A stretch of DNA of 64,000 nucleotides from Planctomycetota bacterium (GTDB lineage Bacteria; Planctomycetota; Planctomycetia; Planctomycetales; Planctomycetaceae): positions 15,459 through 79,458 of the forward strand of contig CAUZFZ010000022.1 in NCBI GenBank assembly GCA_963579025.1. Reading direction: 5' to 3'. Of this stretch, positions 1 to 8,832 are shown one piece after another. How positions within the stretch are numbered: the stretch's first letter is position 1; each line of letters begins with the position of its first letter. Made by a program: the position numbers and the translations under genes. The notes under the pieces are model-generated. The model searched no databases. It saw nothing but the letters and a program-made list of their open reading frames with translations, and was not told where the DNA came from.

Positions 1-956
1 GTTTCAATCACGAGGTGCTCTTCATTCTGCAGAACCAACCTTGCGTCCGGAATGCCGGGAAAACCAACACGTTTGTCGGCTGGCGGGTCGGAAGCAACGG
101 CCTTGTAACCGAGGTCCAACGTCACGCGATCTGGAGTCGGCCGGCTGATCACTCGCGTGAGGATGGCTGCGGCGGGAGGAAAGACCATGTCCGGGAAGTG
201 CTCGCCATAACCGATGTCGTTGTAGACGCACGTCCCAGGACTCATTTCGATTGTGGGGTCGTCTTTCTCGGCGTAGATCGGAAACGACGCCGTGCCACCA
301 CAGACCAGACGCGGAACTGGCCAGGACGCTGATGTGATCTGATCGCGAAACGCGACGACCTTGTCCCACTCGACATTGACGGCCGTGCGTCGTTCGTCGC
401 GTGACTCCTGGTGCTGATGTCCGTCGTACACGTGCAACCCGTCGGGTTCGACACCCGCCGTTTCGACGATCTGTTGGTAAATGTCACGGGCCCGATCTCC
501 GACCAGAATGCCGGTGCGGTGCTGGCCGGTATCGATGTCGAGCAGCACACGGATTGTCTGTCCTGCCTGCTGCATGGCCTCGGCCAGACGACTCACGGCA
601 ACGGGATGGTCGGCAGTGACCGAGAAGGCCACATCGGGATACGTCTGGCGGAACTGGACGGCTCGGCCAATGTTCGGGCCGACCAGGCTGTACGCCAGAA
701 AGATGTCGTTCGCGCCGGCGGCGACAAGCATCTCGGCTTCGGCGAACGTCGCACATTTGTGCTTTGTAATGCCGCGTTCAATTTCGAGCTGAACAATCTC
801 GCGCGTCTTGTGCGTCTTGCAGTGAGGACGCAGTCGCGACGCGTCGCCCGCCACTTCGATCATGTGGTCCAGGTTCGTTTCCACCATGTCTCGAAAAACA
901 ACGAGACCGGGTGAGAGAATCTGGCTGGTGTCAGCGATCTGATAGCAGTCATCCAT
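1..956 (-). CDS. PLP-dependent enzyme, alanine racemase N-terminal domain. DSD1 / D-threonine aldolase / D-serine deaminase-like family. C-terminus lies beyond the window start.
   Basis: Manual reverse-complement translation from ATG at 956 runs without stops to position 1. Product begins MDDCYQIADTSQILSPGLVVFRDMVETNLDHMIEVAGDASRLRPHCKTHKTREIVQ. It contains the PLP-lysine-type HCKTHK motif and a C-terminal beta-domain (TLDLGYKAV). The ORF is not in the track because it has no in-window stop. Confidence 0.7.
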   Translation of the reverse strand, partial: MDDCYQIADTSQILSPGLVVFRDMVETNLDHMIEVAGDASRLRPHCKTHKTREIVQLEIERGITKHKCATFAEAEMLVAAGANDIFLAYSLVGPNIGRAVQFRQTYPDVAFSVTADHPVAVSRLAEAMQQAGQTIRVLLDIDTGQHRTGILVGDRARDIYQQIVETAGVEPDGLHVYDGHQHQESRDERRTAVNVEWDKVVAFRDQITSASWPVPRLVCGGTASFPIYAEKDDPTIEMSPGTCVYNDIGYGEHFPDMVFPPAAAILTRVISRPTPDRVTLDLGYKAVASDPPADKRVGFPGIPDARLVLQNEEHLVIE

Positions 957-1093
957 TGTGCTGTATTCCCGGAAGTTCCTGTCTTGTAAGACGCCCAGTC
1001 AGTTCTCATCCATCGTGGTCGATTCCCGCGCTTCACGGTTGACGAATTCGCGGCGCGTTCGCATCGACCACTCGTCTGCGGTGACATCGGAAA

Positions 1094-1870
1094 TCATTGC
1101 GGGGGCCGGACATACCCGCTGAGCTGAATATCGATGTCGCCGGTACACTTGTGTCCCAGCGGAGCGTTGATACTCAGGAAGAGCAGGCCATTATCTTTGG
1201 GCGTGATTTCTCGGCCTTCACCGATTTCGATCTGACCGCTCGGTTTGCCGGGTTTGCCTTTGTCGTCGACGGGGACGATCAGAGCCATCAGTGCTCCGCA
1301 GCGGACGCCTTTGGCCATTTCCTTGATGGGGTCTTCGGTCGGGAAACCCTTTGGCCCGACGACCGTCTGCAACTGGAATCGATAATTGCCCGCCGACTGA
1401 ATCCGGATGGGTTTGCCCTTCTGCACGCGGGCAATCGGGTCGCCCCAGCCCTTGCTGGTATCGAGTTCAAACTGGAAGGGGTTCTCGGACATGATCGAGT
1501 TTTCCAGCGAGTCCAGCTTGTCTTGAAGCTGCTTCTTCAGTCCCGGTGCTCCCGCTTCGATCTTCTGCACGGTCTGCAGCAGTTTTTTCGATTCTTCCAG
1601 CAGACCGACCCGTTCGTACTCGACGGACAACTTGACCGTGTTCGTCACAAACTCTTCAAGCGTTTTCTTGCGAGCCAGTTCGAGTTGTCGAAGCTGTATA
1701 GGACTTGGCGGCGTCACTTTCTTCTTGCTGCCCTGACCGACAAGTACGCCAGATGACTGAGTCAGGAAGACAGCGACGACGATCGCCGGGAAGGCCAACA
1801 GCCCGAATCGACGTACGAATGACAGGTTCACGGCAGGATCTCCGAGTTTGAGTGAGTTGTTCGACCGCAT
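1094..1870 (-). CDS. Hypothetical signal-anchored (N-terminal TM) coiled-coil protein with a C-terminal beta-rich domain
   Basis: Track ORF 1094..2074. The plausible start is the internal Met at 1870 (MRSNNSLKLGDPAV...). This precedes a hydrophobic segment LLAFPAIVVAVFL and has an AGGGA-like RBS 6-8 nt upstream. The middle of the protein is heptad-like (LEEFVTNTVKLSVEYERVGLLEESKKLLQTVQKIE). Confidence 0.5.
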   Translation of the reverse strand: MRSNNSLKLGDPAVNLSFVRRFGLLAFPAIVVAVFLTQSSGVLVGQGSKKKVTPPSPIQLRQLELARKKTLEEFVTNTVKLSVEYERVGLLEESKKLLQTVQKIEAGAPGLKKQLQDKLDSLENSIMSENPFQFELDTSKGWGDPIARVQKGKPIRIQSAGNYRFQLQTVVGPKGFPTEDPIKEMAKGVRCGALMALIVPVDDKGKPGKPSGQIEIGEGREITPKDNGLLFLSINAPLGHKCTGDIDIQLSGYVRPPQ

Positions 1871-2112
1871 CGTATCCCTGCCCCCTGACTGTGGGCAACG
1901 AACCACTGTCGTCGAATCGGACTGAAGCGTGCGACCGTCACGGTCATTCGAATTCGTGAACGTGTCAGGAATCCGATCTCTGATGCATCTCCCGCGGTTG
2001 CGGGCGTTCCCTGGCAACTCACGGTTGAATCGCTTGACTGGAGATGTCGTACAGGTCGATCTCAGAGAGAGCACACATCACAGACCTGGTTCATCCATCA
2101 CGAGATCTCACC

Positions 2113-2433
2113 ATGATCGCACCCGTCCCCTTCGAAGACCTCGACATCGTCGCCGAATTGAAACTACGTCAGTGGGCTCGCCGAAACTACGTGATTCCGG
2201 AACTGCGTCAGGACGACGACTGGCATCAGATCGTGATCGACGAAATGCGATTGCGTGATCAGGAACTCGCCAGAATCGCGCCGCTGCAGACCGTTGTCAC
2301 CTCAACGGGAATCGTGCCGCTGGAACCGTCGCGACACAACCGCTTCGACACCGCGCACAGCCAGATGCGAGGTCCACACAGCGGGCAGGCTGTCGGTCTC
2401 AATCTGAGCCCCGCCATTCCGCACTACGGCTAA
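2113..2433 (+). CDS. Hypothetical small protein (106 aa)
   Basis: Track ORF 2044..2433, with start at the internal ATG 2113 (MIAPVPFEDLDIVAELKLRQW...). No recognisable domain. Codon usage matches its neighbours. Confidence 0.35.
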   Translation: MIAPVPFEDLDIVAELKLRQWARRNYVIPELRQDDDWHQIVIDEMRLRDQELARIAPLQTVVTSTGIVPLEPSRHNRFDTAHSQMRGPHSGQAVGLNLSPAIPHYG

Positions 2434-2559
2434 CGGCCGATGGCAACTGTGGCGAGTCGTGGCAGGCGTTGATCGAATGCCCTGCAAGTGCCATTGACGC
2501 CCACCGAGACAAAATCCGATAAGCGGCTTCTGAAAACTAACCCGTTCAGGAGCTGCGCG

Positions 2560-3918
2560 ATGATTCTTGCCGCCCGCACCGTCCACGCCATTCTGCTGAC
2601 CGTCACGCTTGTTGCTGCCACCTCAGCCGCTCCGCCGGTTGGCTGGCGAAATGATGGCTCGGGAAAATTCCCCGCGGCGAATCCGCCGATCAACTGGGCG
2701 ACCGATCGCAACATCGTCTGGCGAATTGAAACGCCCGGTCGAAGCCTCGCTTCACCAGTCGTGGTCGGAAACCGCGTCTTCGTCACCGCCGAACCTGCGG
2801 AACTCGTCTGCTTTTCCACCAAAGACGGCGAGACGCTGTGGCAACAGTCTCATCAATACACGGATGCGCTCGGAAAAACGGAAGGCCAGCGCATCGAGAA
2901 GAACCTTGCTCGGGCGCGCGATCTGGAGCAGGAAGTCAGCAATCTTCATCGCGAGCGTGACACAGCGCGTAAAGCGAACGACGTCGACAAACAGAAGGGC
3001 CTGGAAAAGCAGATCGACGGCATCCGCGAACGTATCAAGCCGCTGAAAGTGTTTCCGCCGATGCCCGGGGGCGATACCGGAAACACAGGCAGTACACCTG
3101 TCAGTGACGGCGAGAACGTGTTCGCTGTCTTCGGCACGGGCATTGTCGGGTCGCACACGCTCGCTGGAAAACGTAACTGGATGAAGTTCATCGAGGCTCC
3201 TCGTGACGGACATTGTGCGTCACCCTTGCTTGTCGACGGCAAGCTGATTGTTCACTTGCGCAACCTGATCGCCCTCGACGCGACGAGTGGCGAAGTCCTC
3301 TGGAAAGCCGAAACCGGAGCCCGTCACGGCAGCCCGGTCATCACGACAATCGTCGACACGCCTGTCGTTGTCACACCAGAAGGAGCCGTTGTCCGAGTCG
3401 CGGATGGCCGGATCATCGCGAAGAACCAGTTCCAACTGAATCACGCATCGCCGATCGCGCACGCGGGCGTGGTCTACGCCATGCAGGACAGCAGTATCAA
3501 AGCCATCAGCGTCACCGACGTGTCAGCCGATGAAGCCGTCACTCAGGTCGCCTGGGAAACCACCGGTTCACGATCCAGTCGCCTGGCTTCACCGGTCTAT
3601 CACGAAGGCCTGCTCTACAGCGTGACCGAACAGGGCATCCTGGAAGTCACCGACGCAAAGACAGGCAAACGTGTCTACCGCCAGCGTCTTGAGTTCGATG
3701 GTGGCCGCGTCGACCCCAGCATCACCCTGGCCGGCAACCGCCTGTATGTCAGTAACACGCGGGGAGCGACCGTCGTCTTTCTGCCGGGCAGAGAATACGA
3801 AGAAATCGCCCGCTGCCAGCTCGACGACGGATTCAGCAGCAGCCTGGTTTTCGCAGGAAAGCGGCTCTTCGTGCGAACCAGGAAGTACTTTTATTGCATC
3901 GAGTCTGTGTCGGGGTAA
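2560..3918 (+). CDS. Secreted PQQ-like / BamB-like beta-propeller repeat protein with a coiled-coil insertion
   Basis: Track ORF 2488..3918. The start at ATG 2560 is preceded by AGGAG (2547-2551) and followed by the signal peptide MILAARTVHAILLTVTLVAATSAA. It has repeated ...G(E)(T/V)LW(K/Q)... blade motifs (GETLWQQSH, GEVLWKAETG). Confidence 0.7.
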   Translation: MILAARTVHAILLTVTLVAATSAAPPVGWRNDGSGKFPAANPPINWATDRNIVWRIETPGRSLASPVVVGNRVFVTAEPAELVCFSTKDGETLWQQSHQYTDALGKTEGQRIEKNLARARDLEQEVSNLHRERDTARKANDVDKQKGLEKQIDGIRERIKPLKVFPPMPGGDTGNTGSTPVSDGENVFAVFGTGIVGSHTLAGKRNWMKFIEAPRDGHCASPLLVDGKLIVHLRNLIALDATSGEVLWKAETGARHGSPVITTIVDTPVVVTPEGAVVRVADGRIIAKNQFQLNHASPIAHAGVVYAMQDSSIKAISVTDVSADEAVTQVAWETTGSRSSRLASPVYHEGLLYSVTEQGILEVTDAKTGKRVYRQRLEFDGGRVDPSITLAGNRLYVSNTRGATVVFLPGREYEEIARCQLDDGFSSSLVFAGKRLFVRTRKYFYCIESVSG

Positions 3919-3963
3919 CGGGGACGCAAGACTCCGAAGAGTCACGTGAACGGCACGAGATTC

Positions 3964-6579
3964 TCAATGCTGGTAGATGAATTCCTGGGAATTCAAGACC
4001 GTCCACAGAATGTCCTCCCACGCCTGCCGCCGGTCGCCACTGTTCGAAACGTGCGCAAGAAACTTCTCTGCGGCACTTGGCGAAGGCGCTCGAGACAAAG
4101 CGCATGAGTACAGCTCGTCGAGTATCTCTGAATCAGTTTTGCTGTCCCTGAGCATCTGTCCCAGGCGATTGTCCGTGCGGGTGAGTCGGTCAGTGATCAT
4201 GTGGCCGACGAACAGTTCCAGAGCCTGCTTGCGACCGAAGTTCGGCTCGCGGGCGCACTCGCATGTCTCCGTACGATTCGGCTGGCCCATCACGCGCAGG
4301 AAGGGATGCAGTTCATACCGCACGTACTTTCCTTCCGTGTTGATCAGTGTCGCGACATCGTTCACTGGCAACTGCACAGCGCGAGTCCCCGCAGGGAGTT
4401 TGACCGTCCCTGCCGGGATCCCCTCAATGTAGTCCTCCGTGATTTCAAAACTCTCGGGGATGCCCGTCACGCTGGAGACCGCATCCAGTAAAACTTCGGC
4501 AGGCAACGGACGAGCCAGCATGTGCGAAAAGTAGCGAGTGTCGCTCCGATTGGATTCGTTGGGTCGCGAACTCAACTGCCAGGTTCGTGAATTGATGATC
4601 GTTCGAATCAGCGGTTTCAGCCTGTAACCGTTAGCGACAAAGTTCTCGGCCAGTGCATCAAGAAGCGGATCGTTGGCCGATGGATTTGAATCACGAAAGT
4701 CATCCACGGGTTCGACGATGCCGCGTCCATGCAGATGAAACCAGATTCGATTCACAACTGTCTTTGCAAAGAATGGGTTGTCCTCGTGCGTCAGCCATGC
4801 GGCCAAAACAGGACGCCGATCCTGCTTCGCGTCGATTTCTGAAGGTGGTTCACCGGGAAAGCCCGGAGCAACCGGTTGTCCGTTGGAAGCTTCAGTAATC
4901 TCCGCCAAACCAAAGTCCAGCGCGATGGCCATCTGCCTGCGGTCGGGGCGCCCCTTACGGCCAGCCTTGCCGAGCCGCGTTCGCTTCACCTGCGTGAAAA
5001 ACGCGGCCAGAGCCAGGTAATCATTCTGTGTCCATCGCTCGTAGGGATGATTGTGACACTGTGCACACTGCAGACGGATGCCCAGAAACAGTTGAGCGGT
5101 GGCTTCGGCCAGGTCCTTTTGTAGAAACAGCGGGTCGGTCACTTTTTCCGGCTGACGCGGAACACAGTAGAAGTTCACGGCCGGGTCTTTATACGACTCG
5201 CCCGCAGACGTGAGCAATTCGCGAGCAATCTGGTCGAATGACGCATCCGCTTCGATACGGCTTCGCAGCCATTCGTGATAAGCCCGGGCTCCGGCCAGTT
5301 GAATCGAATCTCGACTGACACGCAGGACGTCCATCCATTTCTTCGTCCAGTAGTCAGCGTACTCCGGACGCTGCAGCAGTTGCTCGATGAGCCGGTTGCG
5401 TTTGTCCGGTTCGGTTGCGGCCATGAACGACTGCGTTTCAACGACGGACGGCAGAACGCCGCACACATCGAGATACACGCGCCGGACAAACTGCTCGTCT
5501 GTGCATAAGTCTGAAGGGGTCACGTTCAGCATCTTCAGTTTGGCAAAGACGTGTGTATCGACGTAATTGTTTTCAGGAGGGCTCGGCCAGCGAAAGTCCG
5601 ACAGAGTCGCCGCAATGTGCATCAGACGGACGGATTCCATTTTGCCACAGAAGCGACACAGGATGGCCACTTCCCCCTGCCGGTTGAATTCGACCAGACC
5701 AGTTCGATCGACGTCGGCAATGGCCAGGTCAGTACTGCTGAAGGTCGTCAGCCCTGTGACGTCTGCCGAGTGACCATCCTCAAATGTCGCGCGAACCGAC
5801 AATTGCTGCGAGTGCGCGGGGGCGAGCAGAACTCGTGTGGATGGCAACACCGTGAGCGACGTGACACGAACCGGCTGTGGATCATCGTGCAGACCTTCAG
5901 CCTGCCAGCCGTGAAACAAGTTGAAAAATGGACTGTCTGGATTGAACCTCCGGCCTCCAACATGCGGCACTCGTCCCAGGGCTTTGTTCAGAATCAGGCT
6001 GTTATTTGGATCAAGCGAATTCGTTCGGCGTCCGGACGCATTACGCGTGAGCTGCTCGTAATCGAGATCGGGATTGTGCCCCCATAGACTCAGTCGAAAA
6101 CCATCTTTCCCGCTTGGTGCGCCATGACACCGAATGTCCGCGCACCCGGCGGCGCTCAGGACGGGCATGAACTCGCGGCGAAAACTGATGGGCTGCTGGC
6201 GCTGTGAATCCTGAATGGTGACAGGCACACGAACCTCAAGACCGGCAGCTCGAATATCGAGGTGTGTCTTCCCGTCACTGCGACCGGATACCGCACCCTG
6301 CGCCGTGATGTGCAACAGACTTGAATCAGCCGCCTGCAATACACAAACGCGGGTCAGGTCACGCCGGGAACCGTCCGAGTAGCGACCGGTTACCAGAAGT
6401 TGTTGACTGGCACGCGGCCCCGCAAGGTCGATCGTCTCGGGCTCTATCTCGAGCGCCACCGGCTCACCGATGACTTCTCGCGGAGTCGGTGTCTCTGCGT
6501 GGAGACGATCGGCGGTCGTTGCAACGCTGCAAGCAACTATCATCAATGCAAGAATCTCGTGGCGGGAAGTGCGGTTCAT
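3964..6579 (-). CDS. Planctomycete PSCyt2 / DUF1549 / DUF1553 protein with Ig-like (BIG2-type) inserts
   Basis: Signature motifs are CADIRCHGAPSGKDGFRLSLWG (PSCyt2) and LQCAQCHNHPYERW (DUF1553). The start is Met13 (MNRTSRHEILALMIVACSVATTA), which is followed by a signal peptide. Confidence 0.85.
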   Translation of the reverse strand: MNRTSRHEILALMIVACSVATTADRLHAETPTPREVIGEPVALEIEPETIDLAGPRASQQLLVTGRYSDGSRRDLTRVCVLQAADSSLLHITAQGAVSGRSDGKTHLDIRAAGLEVRVPVTIQDSQRQQPISFRREFMPVLSAAGCADIRCHGAPSGKDGFRLSLWGHNPDLDYEQLTRNASGRRTNSLDPNNSLILNKALGRVPHVGGRRFNPDSPFFNLFHGWQAEGLHDDPQPVRVTSLTVLPSTRVLLAPAHSQQLSVRATFEDGHSADVTGLTTFSSTDLAIADVDRTGLVEFNRQGEVAILCRFCGKMESVRLMHIAATLSDFRWPSPPENNYVDTHVFAKLKMLNVTPSDLCTDEQFVRRVYLDVCGVLPSVVETQSFMAATEPDKRNRLIEQLLQRPEYADYWTKKWMDVLRVSRDSIQLAGARAYHEWLRSRIEADASFDQIARELLTSAGESYKDPAVNFYCVPRQPEKVTDPLFLQKDLAEATAQLFLGIRLQCAQCHNHPYERWTQNDYLALAAFFTQVKRTRLGKAGRKGRPDRRQMAIALDFGLAEITEASNGQPVAPGFPGEPPSEIDAKQDRRPVLAAWLTHEDNPFFAKTVVNRIWFHLHGRGIVEPVDDFRDSNPSANDPLLDALAENFVANGYRLKPLIRTIINSRTWQLSSRPNESNRSDTRYFSHMLARPLPAEVLLDAVSSVTGIPESFEITEDYIEGIPAGTVKLPAGTRAVQLPVNDVATLINTEGKYVRYELHPFLRVMGQPNRTETCECAREPNFGRKQALELFVGHMITDRLTRTDNRLGQMLRDSKTDSEILDELYSCALSRAPSPSAAEKFLAHVSNSGDRRQAWEDILWTVLNSQEFIYQH

Positions 6580-6596
6580 TGCTGGCTCTCGACAAA

Positions 6597-6634
6597 TGCA
6601 AATTGCAAAGTGCAAATATCAAAATGCAAGTTGG
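6597..6634. repeat. AT-rich inverted-repeat arm A (ATGCAAATTGCAAAGTGCAAATATCAAAATGCAAGTTGG)
   Basis: Its reverse complement matches 7091..7126. The 24-nt core TGCAAATATCAAAATGCAA(G/A)TTGG is shared with one mismatch. AT-rich in a ~60 % GC background. Confidence 0.8.
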
Positions 6635-6697
6635 CGGGGATGGTCGAATGCGGCTGTGTAAACGGCGGAACTGAACGTCGCATCTTGTCTTGAGTTT

Positions 6698-7081
6698 TCA
6701 TTTCGGAGCGCGTGCTGGTTTGTCACTGGCGGAGTTGTTCCGAGCCGTGAGGACGGACTGGCCGATGATGTTGCACAGCTGATCGGACTCCTCGAGCAAC
6801 TCGGAGATTCTTGATTCTGGGAGCAGTTCCGCCTTAATGATGAGGCGAATCCAACAGCGAGTTTCCCGCAGTTCTTTGAGGGCGATTCGGAGTTTGTGAA
6901 TGAAATCCTTGCGACTCTCCGCGCCACATGCCTCTTCGTAGTTAGGAGCCGGCGACGTCCCGCAACGGACGAGTTGCCCCGCGATATGTCGACCCAGGCG
7001 AGACTCCGGAAGCGCATCAACGACCTTACCGATTCGAGCTGCGAACTCCAGCAAGCGCTCCGACAACTCATCAGAGTTCAC
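6698..7081 (-). CDS. Four-helix-bundle protein (TIGR02436 / 23S rRNA intervening-sequence protein family, Avd-like)
   Basis: 127 aa. It matches the family pattern ...GQLVRCGTSPAPNYEEACGAESRKDFIHKLRIALKELRETRCWIRL..., including the Q-L-x-R...N-x-x-E-A-x-G...KDF...ET-x-x-W pattern. Confidence 0.8.
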   Translation of the reverse strand: MNSDELSERLLEFAARIGKVVDALPESRLGRHIAGQLVRCGTSPAPNYEEACGAESRKDFIHKLRIALKELRETRCWIRLIIKAELLPESRISELLEESDQLCNIIGQSVLTARNNSASDKPARAPK

Positions 7082-7090
7082 TGATCACCT

Positions 7091-7126
7091 CCAATTTGCA
7101 TTTTGATATTTGCAATTTGCATTGAG
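7091..7126. repeat. AT-rich inverted-repeat arm B (CCAATTTGCATTTTGATATTTGCAATTTGCATTGAG)
   Basis: Reverse complement is CTCAATGCAAATTGCAAATATCAAAATGCAAATTGG, which matches arm A at 6597..6634. Confidence 0.8.
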
Positions 7127-7145
7127 CCACTTCATGCGTCCCGCC

Positions 7146-8579
7146 CTACGCAAGGATGTCGTCAATCACGCGCCCGCCCATGCTGACTCGCACTGGTTGC
7201 CCGCCCGAATCCGGGATATGCATGTTGGGATCGATTCCCAGGCACTCGTAAATCGTGGCATTGATGTCAGCCGGGCTGACCGGGCTGTCTTTGACATAGG
7301 CAGCTTGTTCATCCGAAGCGCCGTAGATCGTGCCGCCTCGAATTCCGGCACCAGCAAACATCACGGAATAGCAGAACGTCCAGTGATCGCGCCCGGCCTG
7401 GTTCTTATTGATCTTCGGCGTGCGGCCCATGTCGCTCATCACAACAACCAGTGTCTCGTCCAGGAGGCCGGTGTTCGACAGGTCTTCCATCAGGCCGGAG
7501 AACGTGACGTCGAAATTCGGCAGCAGTGTTTCCTTCAGGATTCCGAAGTTGCGCTGGTGTGTGTCCCAGCCGGCGCCGTCCAGTTTTCCTGGGCGAGTCC
7601 AGAAGATGTCCCATGTCACGTTCACGAACCGCACACCTTCCTGCACGAGCTTCCTGGCAATCAGTGCGCTGGATCCGAAGAGTGTCCGGCCATACTGATC
7701 ACGAAGCTCGGGCGCGACACTCTCCACGTCGAAAGCGTCCTTGACTTTCTTCGATGTGAGCAGTGTCATCGCGCCTGACTGTGAACGGCGGAACTGACTG
7801 CTTTGCTCCGTTTCGCGAAGTCTGTCATCGAACTGCTCGGTCAACGTTCGTCGCCGGCTCAATCGGTCCAGGGTCAGACCTTCGGGTAACGCGGCCGTCG
7901 GTAATGTCGGCACACCCTTGACCACCTGAGGCTGGTAAGCGCTGGGTGATGGCTTGTCGGAGTAGGGCTGGCATTCGGTGAACAGCGGATCGTATTGCCG
8001 CCCCAGAAATCCACCATATGGGCCAGCCCGGCGGATGTGCTGTCCCCAGCCCAGCATGCAGGGCATATGCACATATGCGGGAAGTGCGCCACCATCGGCG
8101 TTGAGATACTCGCACACGGATCCCATGCTGGGCGGCAGATGGTCCTGGACGACTCCGATTGACGGCAGCGGTTCTGGATAGCCCGTGAGACTGGGCATCG
8201 GGTTGTGGCAGCCAGCCTTGTGGTTGACCGAACGCACGATGGCGGTCTTATGCATCCACTTTGCCGATTTCGGCAGATGTTCGCAGAGCTGAATTCCCGG
8301 TACGTTGGTGTCGATCGGATTGAACTCGCCGCCGATACCGCCAGGCGCCAGCGGCTTCATGTCGCACATGTCCTGCGTCGGTGCTCCACCAAGCAGATAC
8401 AGGACGATCACGCTTTTGGCCTTGCCCGTGCGTTGCGGCTCAATGTCCCGGACGGCCGCGGCGGACAGCCCGGGCGAACCGAACAGGCCGCCCAGCAGGC
8501 CGACCGATCCAGCCTGCAGCGTTTCACGTCGCGTCAATCCATCGCAGCACATTCGGGGACTGCCGAGCATCGTGATCAT
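7146..8579 (-). CDS. DUF1501 protein (sulfatase-like fold) with a Tat-type signal
   Basis: Track ORF 7146..8657. The start is probably Met27/30 (MITMLGSPRMCCDGLTRRETLQAGSVGLLGG). The family-typical N-terminus is CDG-x-xRRExL. The C-terminal region (GRDHW, MGGRVID) matches the second DUF1501 copy at 44040. Confidence 0.85.
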   Translation of the reverse strand: MITMLGSPRMCCDGLTRRETLQAGSVGLLGGLFGSPGLSAAAVRDIEPQRTGKAKSVIVLYLLGGAPTQDMCDMKPLAPGGIGGEFNPIDTNVPGIQLCEHLPKSAKWMHKTAIVRSVNHKAGCHNPMPSLTGYPEPLPSIGVVQDHLPPSMGSVCEYLNADGGALPAYVHMPCMLGWGQHIRRAGPYGGFLGRQYDPLFTECQPYSDKPSPSAYQPQVVKGVPTLPTAALPEGLTLDRLSRRRTLTEQFDDRLRETEQSSQFRRSQSGAMTLLTSKKVKDAFDVESVAPELRDQYGRTLFGSSALIARKLVQEGVRFVNVTWDIFWTRPGKLDGAGWDTHQRNFGILKETLLPNFDVTFSGLMEDLSNTGLLDETLVVVMSDMGRTPKINKNQAGRDHWTFCYSVMFAGAGIRGGTIYGASDEQAAYVKDSPVSPADINATIYECLGIDPNMHIPDSGGQPVRVSMGGRVIDDILA

Positions 8580-8832
8580 GGCACCCTCGTTTCGTTTCTC
8601 AGGCTGAATACCGTCAATGCGCATACCGTCAGGTCTTTCGGGGACAGCGCTCGACATCCACAGACTCTGACAGACTTCACGGGTAAATTATACGCCTTCA
8701 GGCGTTGACGGAGCTAACACCCAGTCGAAATCACTCGGGAGTTTCGAGGGACGTCTCTGGTTCTCTGACGCTTTTCGCGCGGCGGCGGTATCGTTCTGCT
8801 CCTTCATCGTCCCCATATAGAGGTCGGCATTT

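Noticed and set aside
411-914. 167-aa + strand ORF (and other short ORFs 15..796) at the window start
   Set aside because: It is antisense to the clearly coding minus-strand PLP-enzyme gene (1..956). The translation is low-complexity and Arg/Val-rich, typical of high-GC shadow ORFs.
2044-2112. N-terminal 23-aa extension of the small ORF 2044..2433
   Set aside because: There is no RBS, and the extension is Ser/Arg-rich. The internal ATG at 2113 gives a more plausible N-terminus, though the gene itself remains low-confidence.
6597-7126. Interpreting the inverted-repeat / 4HB unit as a complete diversity-generating retroelement
   Set aside because: There is no reverse transcriptase gene and no template/variable repeat pair anywhere in the window. 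Only the Avd-like accessory-type gene is present.
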